Positions 11,835 through 24,300 are shown, counted from the stretch's first letter. The stretch: 64,000 nucleotides of DNA from Geosiphon pyriformis uo1 (GCA_016748015.1 JAAOMT010000134.1:750757-814756); one strand, 5' to 3'. A program made the numbers and translations. The notes: generated by a model not told the origin, from the sequence alone.

Positions 11835-14800
11835 GTGGCAGAATCAGAAAATATAGGAGCAAACCATTTAGAATTCATGAAATTCTTGTTTCAACAATAC
11901 AGCCAACAATTAGGATTAAACAGTAATCATTACTCAGCTGAATCAGCCTTCAACTTTTATGTCAACAACAGAATCATTGAATGCTTAGGAGGAACAGTTA
12001 ACATTGAAACAGCAAGAGAAAACTTTTACACAGAATTATTCCAACACACCAACTTACCAAAGAACTATAGTTTTGCACCAATAATCAGAGAAATCAACCA
12101 GACTATTGAAAGATACACTCAACAACAATTTCCCATTACCTATGCAGACAAAGATAAAAGAAGAATACAAACACCAGCAGCAACACCAAAAAGAATACAG
12201 TTACCTAGTTGGAAGAAGCACAGAGTAGAATCACCAACTGCTTCATCATATCACTATACACTTGGAAGTGCCATCAACATCTCAACAACAGATGTGTCCA
12301 CCTCAAACGCAACATTAACAGTTGGAAGATTTCAGTTCCAAAGCAAACAACAGAAAGAAGATTTACTAGGGCCATACAGAGTGTATTTTGAAGAATTTAA
12401 ATCATAATCACCAACTCCATCAGGAATTTGATCACCATCACCTCAACTGAACTTTGGAATTGCTATCCCATGGAAACTATCTGAAGAAAAAGAGGAAAAA
12501 GAATTGAAAGATCAAGAATTTACTTACCAAAACCTGATCACTGAAAACCTGGAAGTTGAAACTCTGAATTTTCAAGCTCAGCAAAGTCTAAATCTAGAAA
12601 ATTTGGAAATCGAAACCCCGAATCATCAAAGGCAGAACAATCCAAACCCTGAATTAAGTAATCAGCAAAACTTACCTCCGGTAATTGTCATCAATCAACC
12701 ACTGATTAATCCAGTAGCCGAACCCATACAACAGCCATTTCAACTACCACCCCAACAACCAGTACAACAACAACCACTTCAACAGCCACCACAACAACCT
12801 AACTTAGATCCAATGGCCTATGTACCAATCGCAAAACTTGACAACTTTATTGGTGAAGAAGATGATGTGCAAATATGGTTGAATAATGTAGAGAAAGCCA
12901 TCACTGTGAATGGATGGAATGATGCCCGAGCACTTCAAGCCATCTCATACTTTCTAAAGGACACCACAGATACATGGTATCAAAGTCTAGATGTCAAACC
13001 CCAAAACTTCAATGACTTCAAGATAGAATTTGTAAGATATTTCAGCAACAATAATAGTATCAACAAATTAGCCAACCTTTTCACCACCATCAAACAAGGA
13101 GATACTGAAGCAGTCACCACTTATCTGGGATGCTTCCATAGAAACCTACACCAGATCCAAGCAATTCAAGCTGACTATTTTACAGCACCACAGATTTTAA
13201 ACCAATTTATTAGAGGTTTGCGCAGTAACCTCTTCCAGCGAATATGTCCAATGCATCCAGTTAATCTCCCTACTGCAGTTACACATGCCAGAGATTTTAA
13301 AGAAGCTGAGTTAGAAGCTAACCATGCCCAAGCAGTAAACCTAGTAATGAATGGATCATCTGAATTGGACTCCAAACTGAAACAATTCAGTGAGTCAATT
13401 AATAAGAAACTAGAGGGATACTTAGCTAACAATCGCATCATATATCAAACACCACAATGACGCCATAATTCAGGAAACACGAATCGTTTCCAAAATCAAT
13501 CATGGTCATCATTCTCAACTGCACCTAGTCCACTGTGGCAGCCAAAAACACGTGTCTGCCACAACTGTGGTAAACAAGACCATATTCGAGTTAATTGCCA
13601 TACTTATAGCAACCAACAATCGGGAAATCAATACAAAAATCCCGATTACTGGTTCCAAACTCTGAATTGTTATCCGAATTAAGATCAAGACCAATATCAA
13701 ACTACTTACCTGCCAATAATGCAGCAACCAATCTATCAACTGCCAGTATATCAATCTTCAATTTATCAACAGCAGCCTCCAGCAATTTATTAACAGCAGC
13801 CTCCAGTAATTTATTAGTCACAGCCCCAAATAATTTATTGGTCTCAACCATCAATTTAAACACTGCTCCAAAACTCAGCTACGATGACATTAAGAAACCC
13901 GAGACTCAGAATTGCTCAAAATTGGAGATTAGCAATGTTTGTTCATCAACTGGTCCCCAGCTCCTCTCACTAGAGCTTAGAACCCTGTTCTCAGAATTCG
14001 GGTACAGGTGCCACCCAAAACCTGACTTCTTAACACTATTTAAGTCTCCTGGTTATCCCAGAAGATGCCTCAACTAGCAACCAGGAACCCACCCAAAAAC
14101 AACAAACACTTACCAGCAATATTCCACCAGCAACAGTCACCAACAACAAATCACTAGCCACTATCTTTTCATTCAAGATCAAAGAACTGTCAAGTACACC
14201 ATTATTTAGTGGAGCCACTTTTGATGAAAAACTCATCACCGCGATGTACACAGATGCTAAGGTTGATGATCAATCCATCAAATTGATTCTCGATAGCAGT
14301 TCAGCAGACAGTATCATCACATGACAATTCATGGATCAATTAGGTTGCTGAGTTGATCGAGCTGCCAGTGCCAGAATCATCACAGCCGATGGAGTGACCA
14401 AAACTCCAATCGGCGAAATCGATGACTTCCCTTTCAAAGTCAATAGTATTGTGACTCCCATTAAAGTTCTAGTGATGGAAGCCACTCAATACCAAGCTCT
14501 CATTGGTAATGACTGGCTATCCAAAGTCAATGCAACATTAGACTGGAACACCCAGGAACTTCAGCTAACATATTAGAGCCAACACATATATGTACCGGCC
14601 ATGTGTGACCATTTCAAGACTCCTCCAAGAGAGAAACTATTGATCAAACTGGAAAAGAAGAAAGAGAAACCTATCTGGGAAGCATACCAAGTCTCATGGG
14701 CTGATGCCAATTACAACAAGCTGCTACCAATACTTGCCTGGGATGACAATAACAATGGAAAAGAGGAGCAAGGAAAAGAACCTATCTGTGAAACCACTAT

Positions 14801-17800
14801 CAATACTGGGACCAATGACAAAGACCACTACGAGCTATCACCAGTACTATCATGGGATGACAACCCCAAGAGAAAGCAAAGAGAGGAACTTACCTGGGAA
14901 ACCAATGATCTGACTTGGACCAATAATGAACAAGAAGAAGCCTCAAGTCGGAAATAGAACAAAGATAAGAGAAAAGGAAAAGAAAAGGAAGAAGGAACAC
15001 CATCAACGACCAACAGTTATAATTCTTACACCCACCACACTCCACAACAATCCAATTATCAACAGCCAAGGCTGGTATGCATTGATTATGACAAGAAACT
15101 GTCGTCAATAGGTGCATGTTGTGATAACGATGAGGAATACCACACTACAACAAAGTTTTACTGTTGTCCATGCTTACTCGAATGCTTTGGATGACCAAAA
15201 AGGCAAGGAAAATGAGATAACCAACCTTGTTTTGCTTGTGGGGAGATCCTACTAGATGAAGGGATGTGGAATGACATCCCAGAATATGAAGGAACGTGTG
15301 ACATGTTGTGTCAATACACAATTTTAATAAGTGACTGAATAAGGAAAGGAACCCCAATAGAAGCAGCCTGGAGAAGAGCTATGCAGTGACTGGACAGTTG
15401 TCCACATGACAACGACAAATTGTGAAGAATGGCAATCGCCAAAATAGAAGGAGCGACACCCGAAGAGATCAGAGAAATCAAAAACAACTCACCAGAACCC
15501 ATCAAGCTTGACTGGAATGCAGAGCCAGCCATAAATTCTTTGGAACCTGAAGAGTTCCATGAACACTACCAAAACTTGGCACCCACTAGAGAAGAGCAAG
15601 AACAATGGCTAGCACAATTGAATACAAGACTGTGTTGCCATTGTTTAATTCCCAGTAACTTTGAATATTGTGATGATTGTAATCTCCTTTACAATCTACC
15701 ACCACGCATGATCTACTCGATTTCTGAAGAAGAAGAACCAATCAGCAGCTGTGCATCGGAATCAGAATTGCTGATCAATCACAATCCAGACTCTGATGAC
15801 AACGACAACAAAAACATTGGTTCCAGCTTCGTTCAAAATAGCAATGACAACAAAAATGATTCCAACTCAGATTCAAACTCCAATTTAAACCATGAACAAT
15901 ACATTGTACTACCAGATCTTTCCAAGGAACAAGAGTTGAAATAGTATAGTGACAATGGAGAGGGTATTATGCCAGAACGTGTACATGATACAGACGCAGG
16001 GTTTGATTTGAGATATCCAGGAAAAGATGCCATCAAATTGGAACCGCATTCACGCATCTGCATTGATCTGAAAATAGCACTAGAAATTCTGGCAACAACA
16101 ATGGTTCAATTAGCATTTAGAAGTAGTTTAGTGAAAAAAGGGATCAATATAAGAGAAGGAATAATTGACATGAGATATATAGAAAATATCATCACTATGC
16201 TACAAAATGACTCAGAAAAGGCCTATATAATAGAGCCCAATGAAAAGATAGCACAGGCAATATTCCTGCCTTTGGTTAGAATAGCTCAGTTAGTATCAGT
16301 GAGAAAGAAAGAGGAATTAGGAATAACAGTAAGAGGAATACAGGGATTCAGATCAATGGGTAGAATAGATGTACCAGTTAATATGGCAAAGGAAGAAATT
16401 GTTGGCCAAAAAGAAATCATTTCAATCAGTCAAGCTATTTCTATTCTACCATATAGCCAGTACATGCTAACAATAGGAAAGAAAAAAAAGAAGCAAGGAC
16501 AAATTTTTGAAGCTAAAGCAAACCTTTGTGAATCAAAAAAGATTGAGTTGATCAATCTCTACATACCAGCCAAAAGCTATAGCAGCATAAAAATTCCCAT
16601 CTACAACAACACTGGTAATGTCATCAACATACCAGAAGAAACCACTATTGGATATGTAACCACAGAAATAGAAAACCAACCACCAAACCCCATTCTAGAC
16701 TTTCCACAACTTTGTGGATATATTGACATCACATCACAAACAATCTATGGACGAGATGAATGTTATTTGCTCCAACCAGAACAATTGGAACAAATGAACA
16801 TGGGAAACTTAGATCTACTCCAATGTATGCAGCTCAAGATGTTACTCAACAATTTCAACGACATTTTTGCCAGCAAAAATGAGTTTGGCTGAACTGACAT
16901 CATCCAGCATTAGATCAAGACTAGAGATGCAATGTCAATCAAACAAAGAGCATACAGAGTGCCGCCAGCCAGCCACAAAATCATTTGTCAAGAGATAAAC
17001 AGAATGCTTGACAATGGGCTTATTCAACCATCAATGAGCCTATGGTTGTCACCAATGATACTCGTTCATAAAAAGAATGGAAAAATCCAGTTTTGTGTAG
17101 ACTACAGAAAACTCAATGGTGTAACTCGTGAAGACAGTTATCCAACTCCACAAATACAGGAATTATTCGACACTTTTGGTGGGAACAAATGGTTCTCAAT
17201 ATTAGATTTAGACAGTGGTTACTAGCAAGTAGCCATGAATCCAGCTGACAAAGAGAAGATAGCATTTACTATTAGAGAAAGGAATTTCGAATTTGAAGTG
17301 ATGCTATTCGGCTTAACCAATGCCCCAGCAACTTTCCAATGGCTAATGGAAATCAGTAGTTGTATACTTGGACGACACCAATGTATTCTCAAAAATGTTT
17401 GATAATCATCTTCATCATCTTCAACAAGTGTTCGAAAGACTAAGAAGAGCAGAACTAAAGTTAAATGCAACAAAGTGCTTCTTCAGCAAGACAGAACTAA
17501 AATTCTTGGGACATATAGTCAGCAAAGACGGCATCAAAACGGATCCGGAGAAATAGAGATAGTAAAAAACTTTCCAGTGCTGACCAATATGACAGAACTG
17601 AAATCATTCTTGGGATTTGCCAGCTACTATCAACTTTTTATCAAGAACTTTTCTAAGATAGTGCAGCCACTCAACCAACTGCAAAACAAAGATACAAAAT
17701 ATGAACAGACCGAAAGTCAATAAGAAGCTTTTGATATTCTAAAAAGAAAGCTTATACAAGCTCCAGTACTGATCTATTCAGATTACAGCAAACTATTTAT

Positions 17801-18167
17801 CATCACCATGGATGCATCTGGCCAGGCATTAGGAGCAGTACTATCTTAAAGAAGACCAGACAGCAGAGAACATCCAGTGGCATATGTCAGCAAAGGTTTA
17901 ACACCAGCCAAAAAGAACTATGGAACACTGGAAAAAGAACACTTAGTAATATACTAGTTAGTCATGAAATGGAAAAAATATTTGAGCCAGAAGTTTGAGG
18001 TGTACACAGATCACAAAGGATTAACATCATTTCAAAAACAAGAATTTGAAGATAGAAGACAGTCAAGATAGAAAATAGCATTTGCACCATATAAGTATAC
18101 TATACATTATAAAAAAGGAAAAGACAATGGAAATGCGGACAATTTATTGTGAATAAGACAAATCTAA
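11835..18167 (+). pseudogene. Copy B gag-protease-Cys-rich domain-dUTPase-RT-RNase H polyprotein (ancestrally one frame)
   Basis: ORFs at 11835, 12504, 14394, 14601, 15429, 15969 and 16932 share one frame; capsid-like region, CHNCGKQDHIRVNC knuckle, LILDSSS protease site, LDLDSGY, YLDD, and RNase H ending NADNLL(R)IRQI*. Confidence 0.88.
15960..16370 (+). pseudogene. dut: dUTPase domain of copy B
   Basis: Motifs DAGFDL, RSSL, GIID, KIAQAIF and RGIQGF(G)S match trimeric dUTPase motifs 1-5. Confidence 0.88.
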
Positions 18168-18230
18168 GAACATTTCAACCCAAAAATATAACAAAACCAG
18201 AACAATACCAACAGAAAAATACAACAAAAG

Positions 18231-19613
18231 ATAAACATACAAAAATATCAACAATTACAACATTATATAAACACTTAACAGTTCAAGGAGAATTTATCTC
18301 AAATGGAATGAAAGAGTATCAAACAACAATCAAAATATTTTATCACTCACCAAAATATACTTTATCAGAAAAATAGAAAGGATCCAGATCAACCAACCAG
18401 AGTAATTACGGAGCCAGAAAAAGAGACAATATTATTCAACATGCACTCAAATCCAACAGCAGGACATTTTTACAAAGAAGCAATTATGGAAAGAACCAGA
18501 AAGAGATACTATTGGCCATCAATGTATTCAAACATCATTCAATATGTTCAAAATTGTGATGCTTGTCAGCGAAGAGGAGGAACAAGACCCAGTGAACCAT
18601 TAAGACCAATTAAAGTGGGACAACTATTTGACCGTATTGGAATTGATTTAGTCAGACTATTAACAATCATCAGCAGAGGAAACAGATACATAACGGTAGC
18701 TATGGACTATCTCACTAAATGGCCAGAGGCAAAAGCAATTCAAAGAGCAGATGCAGAATCCATTGCCAAATTTGTTCATCAGGATTTAATTTGTCAACAT
18801 AGATGTCCAAAAAAATTATTATCAGATCAAGGAACTCATTTTGTGAACCAAATATTAACAGAATTGAGCCAAAGATTTGGAATCAAGAGACCATTATCAT
18901 TACCATATCATCCACAAACCAATGGATTAATAGAAAGATTCAATAGAACACTGTGTAAAGCAATAGCTAAGCTCAGCCAAGAAAACCAGAACGATTGGGA
19001 TTTGTTCATATCATCAGTACTATTTGCTTATTGGACAATGAAACAAGATACTATACAAACAACATTATTTGAATTAGTATATGAGAGAACAACAACATTA
19101 CCAGTAAAGAGAGAAATTAATACATATCCAGTTAAACCAATAACAGAAGAAAATTTTCAAAAAACATTGCTGAGAAGAACATATGACTTAATGGAAACAT
19201 TGGAAAACAAACAAAAAAGAGCAGCTGATAATATTCAAAAGTCACAAGAAAAACAAAAAAAAAGACACAATAGTCAACTACTAGACAAACCAGTTGAATT
19301 CAAGATTGGAGACAAAGTATTACTATATCATACCAAAGTAAAAAAACAATGGAGTGGAAAATTCAATCCCAAATGAAATGGACCATTTCACATAGAAAAA
19401 ATTCTAGGAAATGGAGCTTACAAATTAAGATTGGATAACAAAATTTTAACCAAAGCAGTACATGGAGATTGACTGAAGCCATATCACGACATCACACTAC
19501 TGTCTACCAGTAATATTCTACAATTAGGAGTACAGAGAATACTAGTCTGACCAGATGAGATTCCATGAAATCTAGAATCAATAGTTATTATTAACAACAA
19601 CATGTTAAATTGA
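18231..19613 (+). pseudogene. Copy B integrase ORF (HHCC, DDE, GPF; no chromodomain)
   Basis: H..AGH...CDACQ, GIDL, LLSDQGTHF, YHPQTNGLIERFN, GPFHI; start eroded to ATA where A, C and D have ATG. Confidence 0.85.
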
Positions 19614-19637
19614 TTAATCAAAAGAATATATAAAGAC

Positions 19638-20297
19638 ATAGTAGATGTGACAAGAAATATCAGAAAAATAGAAATTACAGACAACATTCACACACTAGCA
19701 CAACAACTCTTTCAATTAATCCAACACCAGAAAATGGAGATTACAATCAACCAACAAACTATTCGATATCAAGATACTAAAAAGACATTACAACTCAGAA
19801 CACTGAAGAAAACTGAAGATATGGTGAACAAAATCATGGCGAAAGTAAAATTAGTAATAAAAAAATTGACAAAAAAGTTACTATATCAAGAGTTGACTAA
19901 AGAAACTTGGAATTGGTGGATACAACAATTTCCAAGAAACTATTGTTATTTTTACTTGGGACAACACATAAATATTCAGAATCTATATACGGATAAAACA
20001 AAGTAATTATTCGACAAAAGAATACTACAACAATTAGAACATTTTATGGGAAAGAACAACTTATCCATACAAGCTCAAGCCATATATTGAATACACACAG
20101 CATTTCAGGATAAACCAGAAATATTGCTCAACAAAGCAATGGATATGATCACCAGTAATCAATTGGGAAAAATTACCAATGCTTAATTTGAAGAAATATA
20201 AACCCAAATAACACAAGTAATTCTCGAAAACAAAATCCAGGAAATACTTCAAGAGGGGGAATTACATGAGTTGGATTTCAATGGAGCTCAATATTAA
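19638..20297 (+). pseudogene. Copy B ORF3, unknown ~219-aa protein
   Basis: Homologous frame in A, C, D and F; the stop codon (GCT CAA TAT TAA) runs into the PPT. Confidence 0.75.
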
Positions 20298-20311
20298 AAA
20301 AGAGGAAATAA

Positions 20312-21162
20312 TGTTACTCATAGAAATATAGGAAATATATTAGCATAATTATTAGCCAATCAGAAGTAAGCATAGTAAATATGGAATTCCAGGATTCTTC
20401 TTAGAAATTACAGGATTCCAGGAATTTCAGGATTCCCCGATGAGGAATTGCAGGATTCCAGAATTCTAGGATTCCTCTCAAAGAAATTGCAGGATTCCAG
20501 GAATTTCAAGATTTCTGTCGTGAAGAATTGAGGAATTAAGGAATCTCAATTATGTATATATAGTGGTAGTATTAGAAACAGAAAAGACAAAATCGATATC
20601 ACAGAATCCTTAGCCTAGAAACAAAAATCATCAAATAAATAATTATTCCATATCTCAATTCACTCTCCACTATCAACACTTCATGTTGATAATAAGTGAT
20701 ACTTAACCACACTGGAACAATAGCTCTTGATTATAGCTATTAACGGAATACTAATCTGCAAATTATCTTGGCTTATTTTTTTTCTTTTTTTATTTTTCTC
20801 TTATTTTTCTTTATTTTATTTTGATTTATTATTGTGCACTAACCCATTGATTGAAAAGTGCTGATTACTGACATCAAGGATTGCCTGGTAAAAGACCCCT
20901 ATGAGAGGGTAGGACATGTACAGAAGATACGAATTACTTACCAGAGGATTGCCAGCCACTAAGCCGAGAAAAGAATTGACAGACTTGCGAGTCTGGGAAG
21001 CTATGGATAAAACAACTATTGAATCTCTGTCCATTATACAAAGAACTCCATTAAAACCTTCAGATACAATATTTGCAGAACCTCATCAACAGAAGTAGCT
21101 TCATAAACACCAAGTTACAGGTTTGTTATTTACTTCAACAGCAGAAATAATTTCCTGTAACA
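20312..21162 (+). repeat. Copy B 3' LTR
   Basis: Preceded by PPT AAAAAAGAGGAAATAA; TGTTAC...TGTAACA. Confidence 0.92.
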
Positions 21163-21166
21163 CTGT

Positions 21167-21318
21167 TGAATCTCTGTCTATTATACAAAAGACTTAACCA
21201 AAACCTTTAGATAAAGACAAAGTACCAATCTTATTAACATTATCTACCAGACTAGTAACTGAGCACCAAGTTATGGGTTTGTTATTTGCCTTAAGACTCT
21301 AATTAATTATCTGTAACA
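21167..21318 (+). repeat. Copy A 5' LTR, second part
   Basis: Aligns with 30292-30443; ends TGTAACA, followed by the PBS. Confidence 0.88.
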
Positions 21319-21380
21319 TTTGGTGCTTCTTGTGAAGTATAATTCTACAAAGAACTAACACCAACTACACCCACCCAAAA

Positions 21381-24300
21381 GTGGCAGAATTAGAAAGAAT
21401 AAGAGCAAACCATTTAGAATTTGTGAAATCCTTATTTCAACAGTATAGCCAATAATTAGGATTAAACAATAACCATTTTTCAGCAGAATTAGCCTTCAAC
21501 TTCTATGTCAATAACAAAATCACAGACTGCTTAAGAGAAACAGTTAACATTGAATCCACAAGAAAAAATTTCTATACAGAATTATTCCAACATACCAGCT
21601 TATCAAGAAACTACAGTTTTGCACCAATTATCAGGGAAATAAACCAAACCATTAAAAAATATACACAATAACAATTCCCAATCACCTACACAGACAAAGG
21701 AAAAGAAAGACTACAAACACCAATAGCAACACCAAAAGAGATCCAACCATCCACTTGGAAGAAAACTAGAGTTGAATTGCCAACAAACCCATTATACCAC
21801 TATATACCAGGAAGCACCATTAACATCTCATCAACAAGTATGTCCACATCAAACATAACATCAACATTTGGATGACTCCTATTTCAAAATAAACAAAAGA
21901 AAACAGAATTACTAGAAACTTATGGCAATTATTTTGAAAGATTTAAATTACAATCACCAATACCATCAGAATTCTGATCACTACTACCTTGACTAGATTT
22001 TAGAAATATGAGTTCCTGGAAGATAATAGAATCAGAAGAAAAGGAAGAAGAAGAAACCAAAGATCAAGAATTTACTTACCAGAACCCAATTCCAAAAAAC
22101 CCAGACATTAAAATCCTAAACTTTTGGACTCAGCAAGATTCAAATTTAGAAAATCTAGAAATCGAAACTCTGAATTTTCAAACTCAGCCAAATCAGAATG
22201 ATTAAAACCCTGACATTAATAATTAACAATATTTACCTCCAGTAATCATCATCAACCTATCACCAGTTGCTTCACAACAACAGCCACCACCACCACTACA
22301 ATCCTAAATTCAATTACTATTTTAACCATCACAGCAAATAAACTTGAATCAAATGACATATGTTTCAATAGCAAAATTCGAAAAGTTTACTGATGAAGAG
22401 GATGACACCCAAATATGGCTGAATGATGTGAGAAAAGCCATTACAGCCAACAGATGGGATGATGCCAGAGCCATGCAAATCATCCCCTACTTTCTCCAGA
22501 ATACTGCCGACTTATAATATCAAAGCCTAGTCAAAAAATCCCAGTATTTTAATGCATTCAAGCTTGCATTCCTACAATACTTCAACAATAATAATAATAT
22601 TAATTGTCTAGCAAACACTTTCACCACTATCAAATAAGAAGAAAATGAAGCAGTTATTACTTACTTAGAATGCTTTCACAGAAATCTGTGCCAAATTCAG
22701 ACAATTCAAGCTGATTATTTTACAGTACCACAAATCCTAAATCAATTCATTAGAGGCCTATACAGCAACATCCTCTAGCGTGTATGCCCAATGCATCCAA
22801 CAGACTTTTAAGCTGCAGTTACAAATGCTAGAAATTTTAAAGCAGCTGAACTTAAAGCCAACCATGCCCAAATTATTAATCTAGTAATAAATGGATCATC
22901 TGAATTGGATTCCAAATTAAAACAATTCAGTGATTCAATCAATCAAAAATTGGAGAAATACTTAGCTAACAATCAGGCAATTTATCAACCTCTACAACAA
23001 CACAATAATCAAAGAAATGCGAATTGTTTTCAAAATTAGTCATGTCTATCATTCTTGACCAATCAACAGTGACTGCAGGAGATGTGTGTTTGTTACTACT
23101 ATGGTAAACAAAGACATTTGAGGATTGACTGCAGATTAAGGATAGATAATCAATAATCGGAAAATCAATATCGAAACCCTGATTGCCAGTTTTAAACTCC
23201 AAGTTACCAAATCAACCCAGCACCATATTAACTGACTTACCTGTCAATAACACAACAACCAATATATCAATCACCCATATATCAATCTCTAGTTTATTAA
23301 CTGCAGTCATCAGTAATATATCAACCACTGCAGCCACAAATAATTTATTAGACACCTGCAGTTCAAACACTGCCATTAAACTCAGCTCAAATAACATCAG
23401 GAAACCCTAGATCAAGAGTCATCCAAAACTAAAAATCAGCAATAGTTGTTCACCAACCAATTCCCAGTTTATCCAACCAGCCATCAGGATCATGCCAGCG
23501 GAGTTCAGGAACTAGGTATACTCAAAACCCAAGTTTCCAGAACTATTTAAGTCTCCTGGTTACTCCAGAAGATGTCTCATCCAACAACTTGAAAACAAAT
23601 CAGAAATTACTCATCAACAACATACCACCAGCCACCATTATAGAAGATGAGTCACTCACAGCTATATTTTCCTTTGAAATTGAGGACTCGACATCTATGC
23701 CCTTGTTCAGTAGAGCCACACTTGAGAAAAAACCAATTACCACCATGTACACAGACACCAAAGTTAATGGTCACTCTATTAAACTCATCCTGAATAATGG
23801 GTCAGCAGGCAGTATTATTATTAGGCAACTCATGGATCAATTAGGTTGCCAAGTTGACCATGCTGTTAGTGCTAAGATTATAATAGCCAATAAAGCAACA
23901 AAAACTCCAATTGGCAAAATTGACAATCTATTTATTGAAATTAATAGCATTATAGTACCCATCAAAGTCCTAGTAATAGAAGCAACACAGTACCAGACTC
24001 TGATTGGAAATGACTGGCTATTAAAAACCAATACCATGCTTGACTAGAACACCCAAGAATTGTAGCTCAGCCAGAACAGTTAACACATATGTGTACTAGT
24101 CACATGTGGCCATTTCAAGACCACTAACATGCCAGCACCACTCATTAAGTTTGAGAAAGAAGAGAAGAAACTTATTTGGGAAGCCTATCAAGTGTCATGA
24201 GCTAAAGAAAACCACAATGAGTTATCACTAATACCTTTCTGGGACAACAACAGGAAAAGAAAACAGAAAGAAAAACTTACCTGAAATTCTAACCAAGCCT

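Larger units (their letters stand above)
10035..21162 (+). mobile_element. Ty3/gypsy LTR retrotransposon copy B, inserted in the 5' LTR of A
   Basis: TGTTAC at 10035; TGTAACA ends at 21162; perfect TSD CTGT (10031-10034, 21163-21166); 5' LTR 10035-10489 + 11380-11775; 3' LTR 20312-21162. Confidence 0.93.

Noticed and set aside
13667-14077. Alternative-frame ORF suggesting a gag-pol frameshift
   Set aside because: Gag, protease, dUTPase and RT fragments already share one frame once C>T stops are restored
19638-20297. ORF3 as an envelope gene
   Set aside because: No signal peptide, hydrophobic transmembrane segment or fusion-protein features visible
20916-21098. LTR-encoded ORF (also 44911-45102)
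   Set aside because: Reading frame shifts between LTR subfamilies, so a conserved protein is not supported; kept only as part of the splice hypothesis
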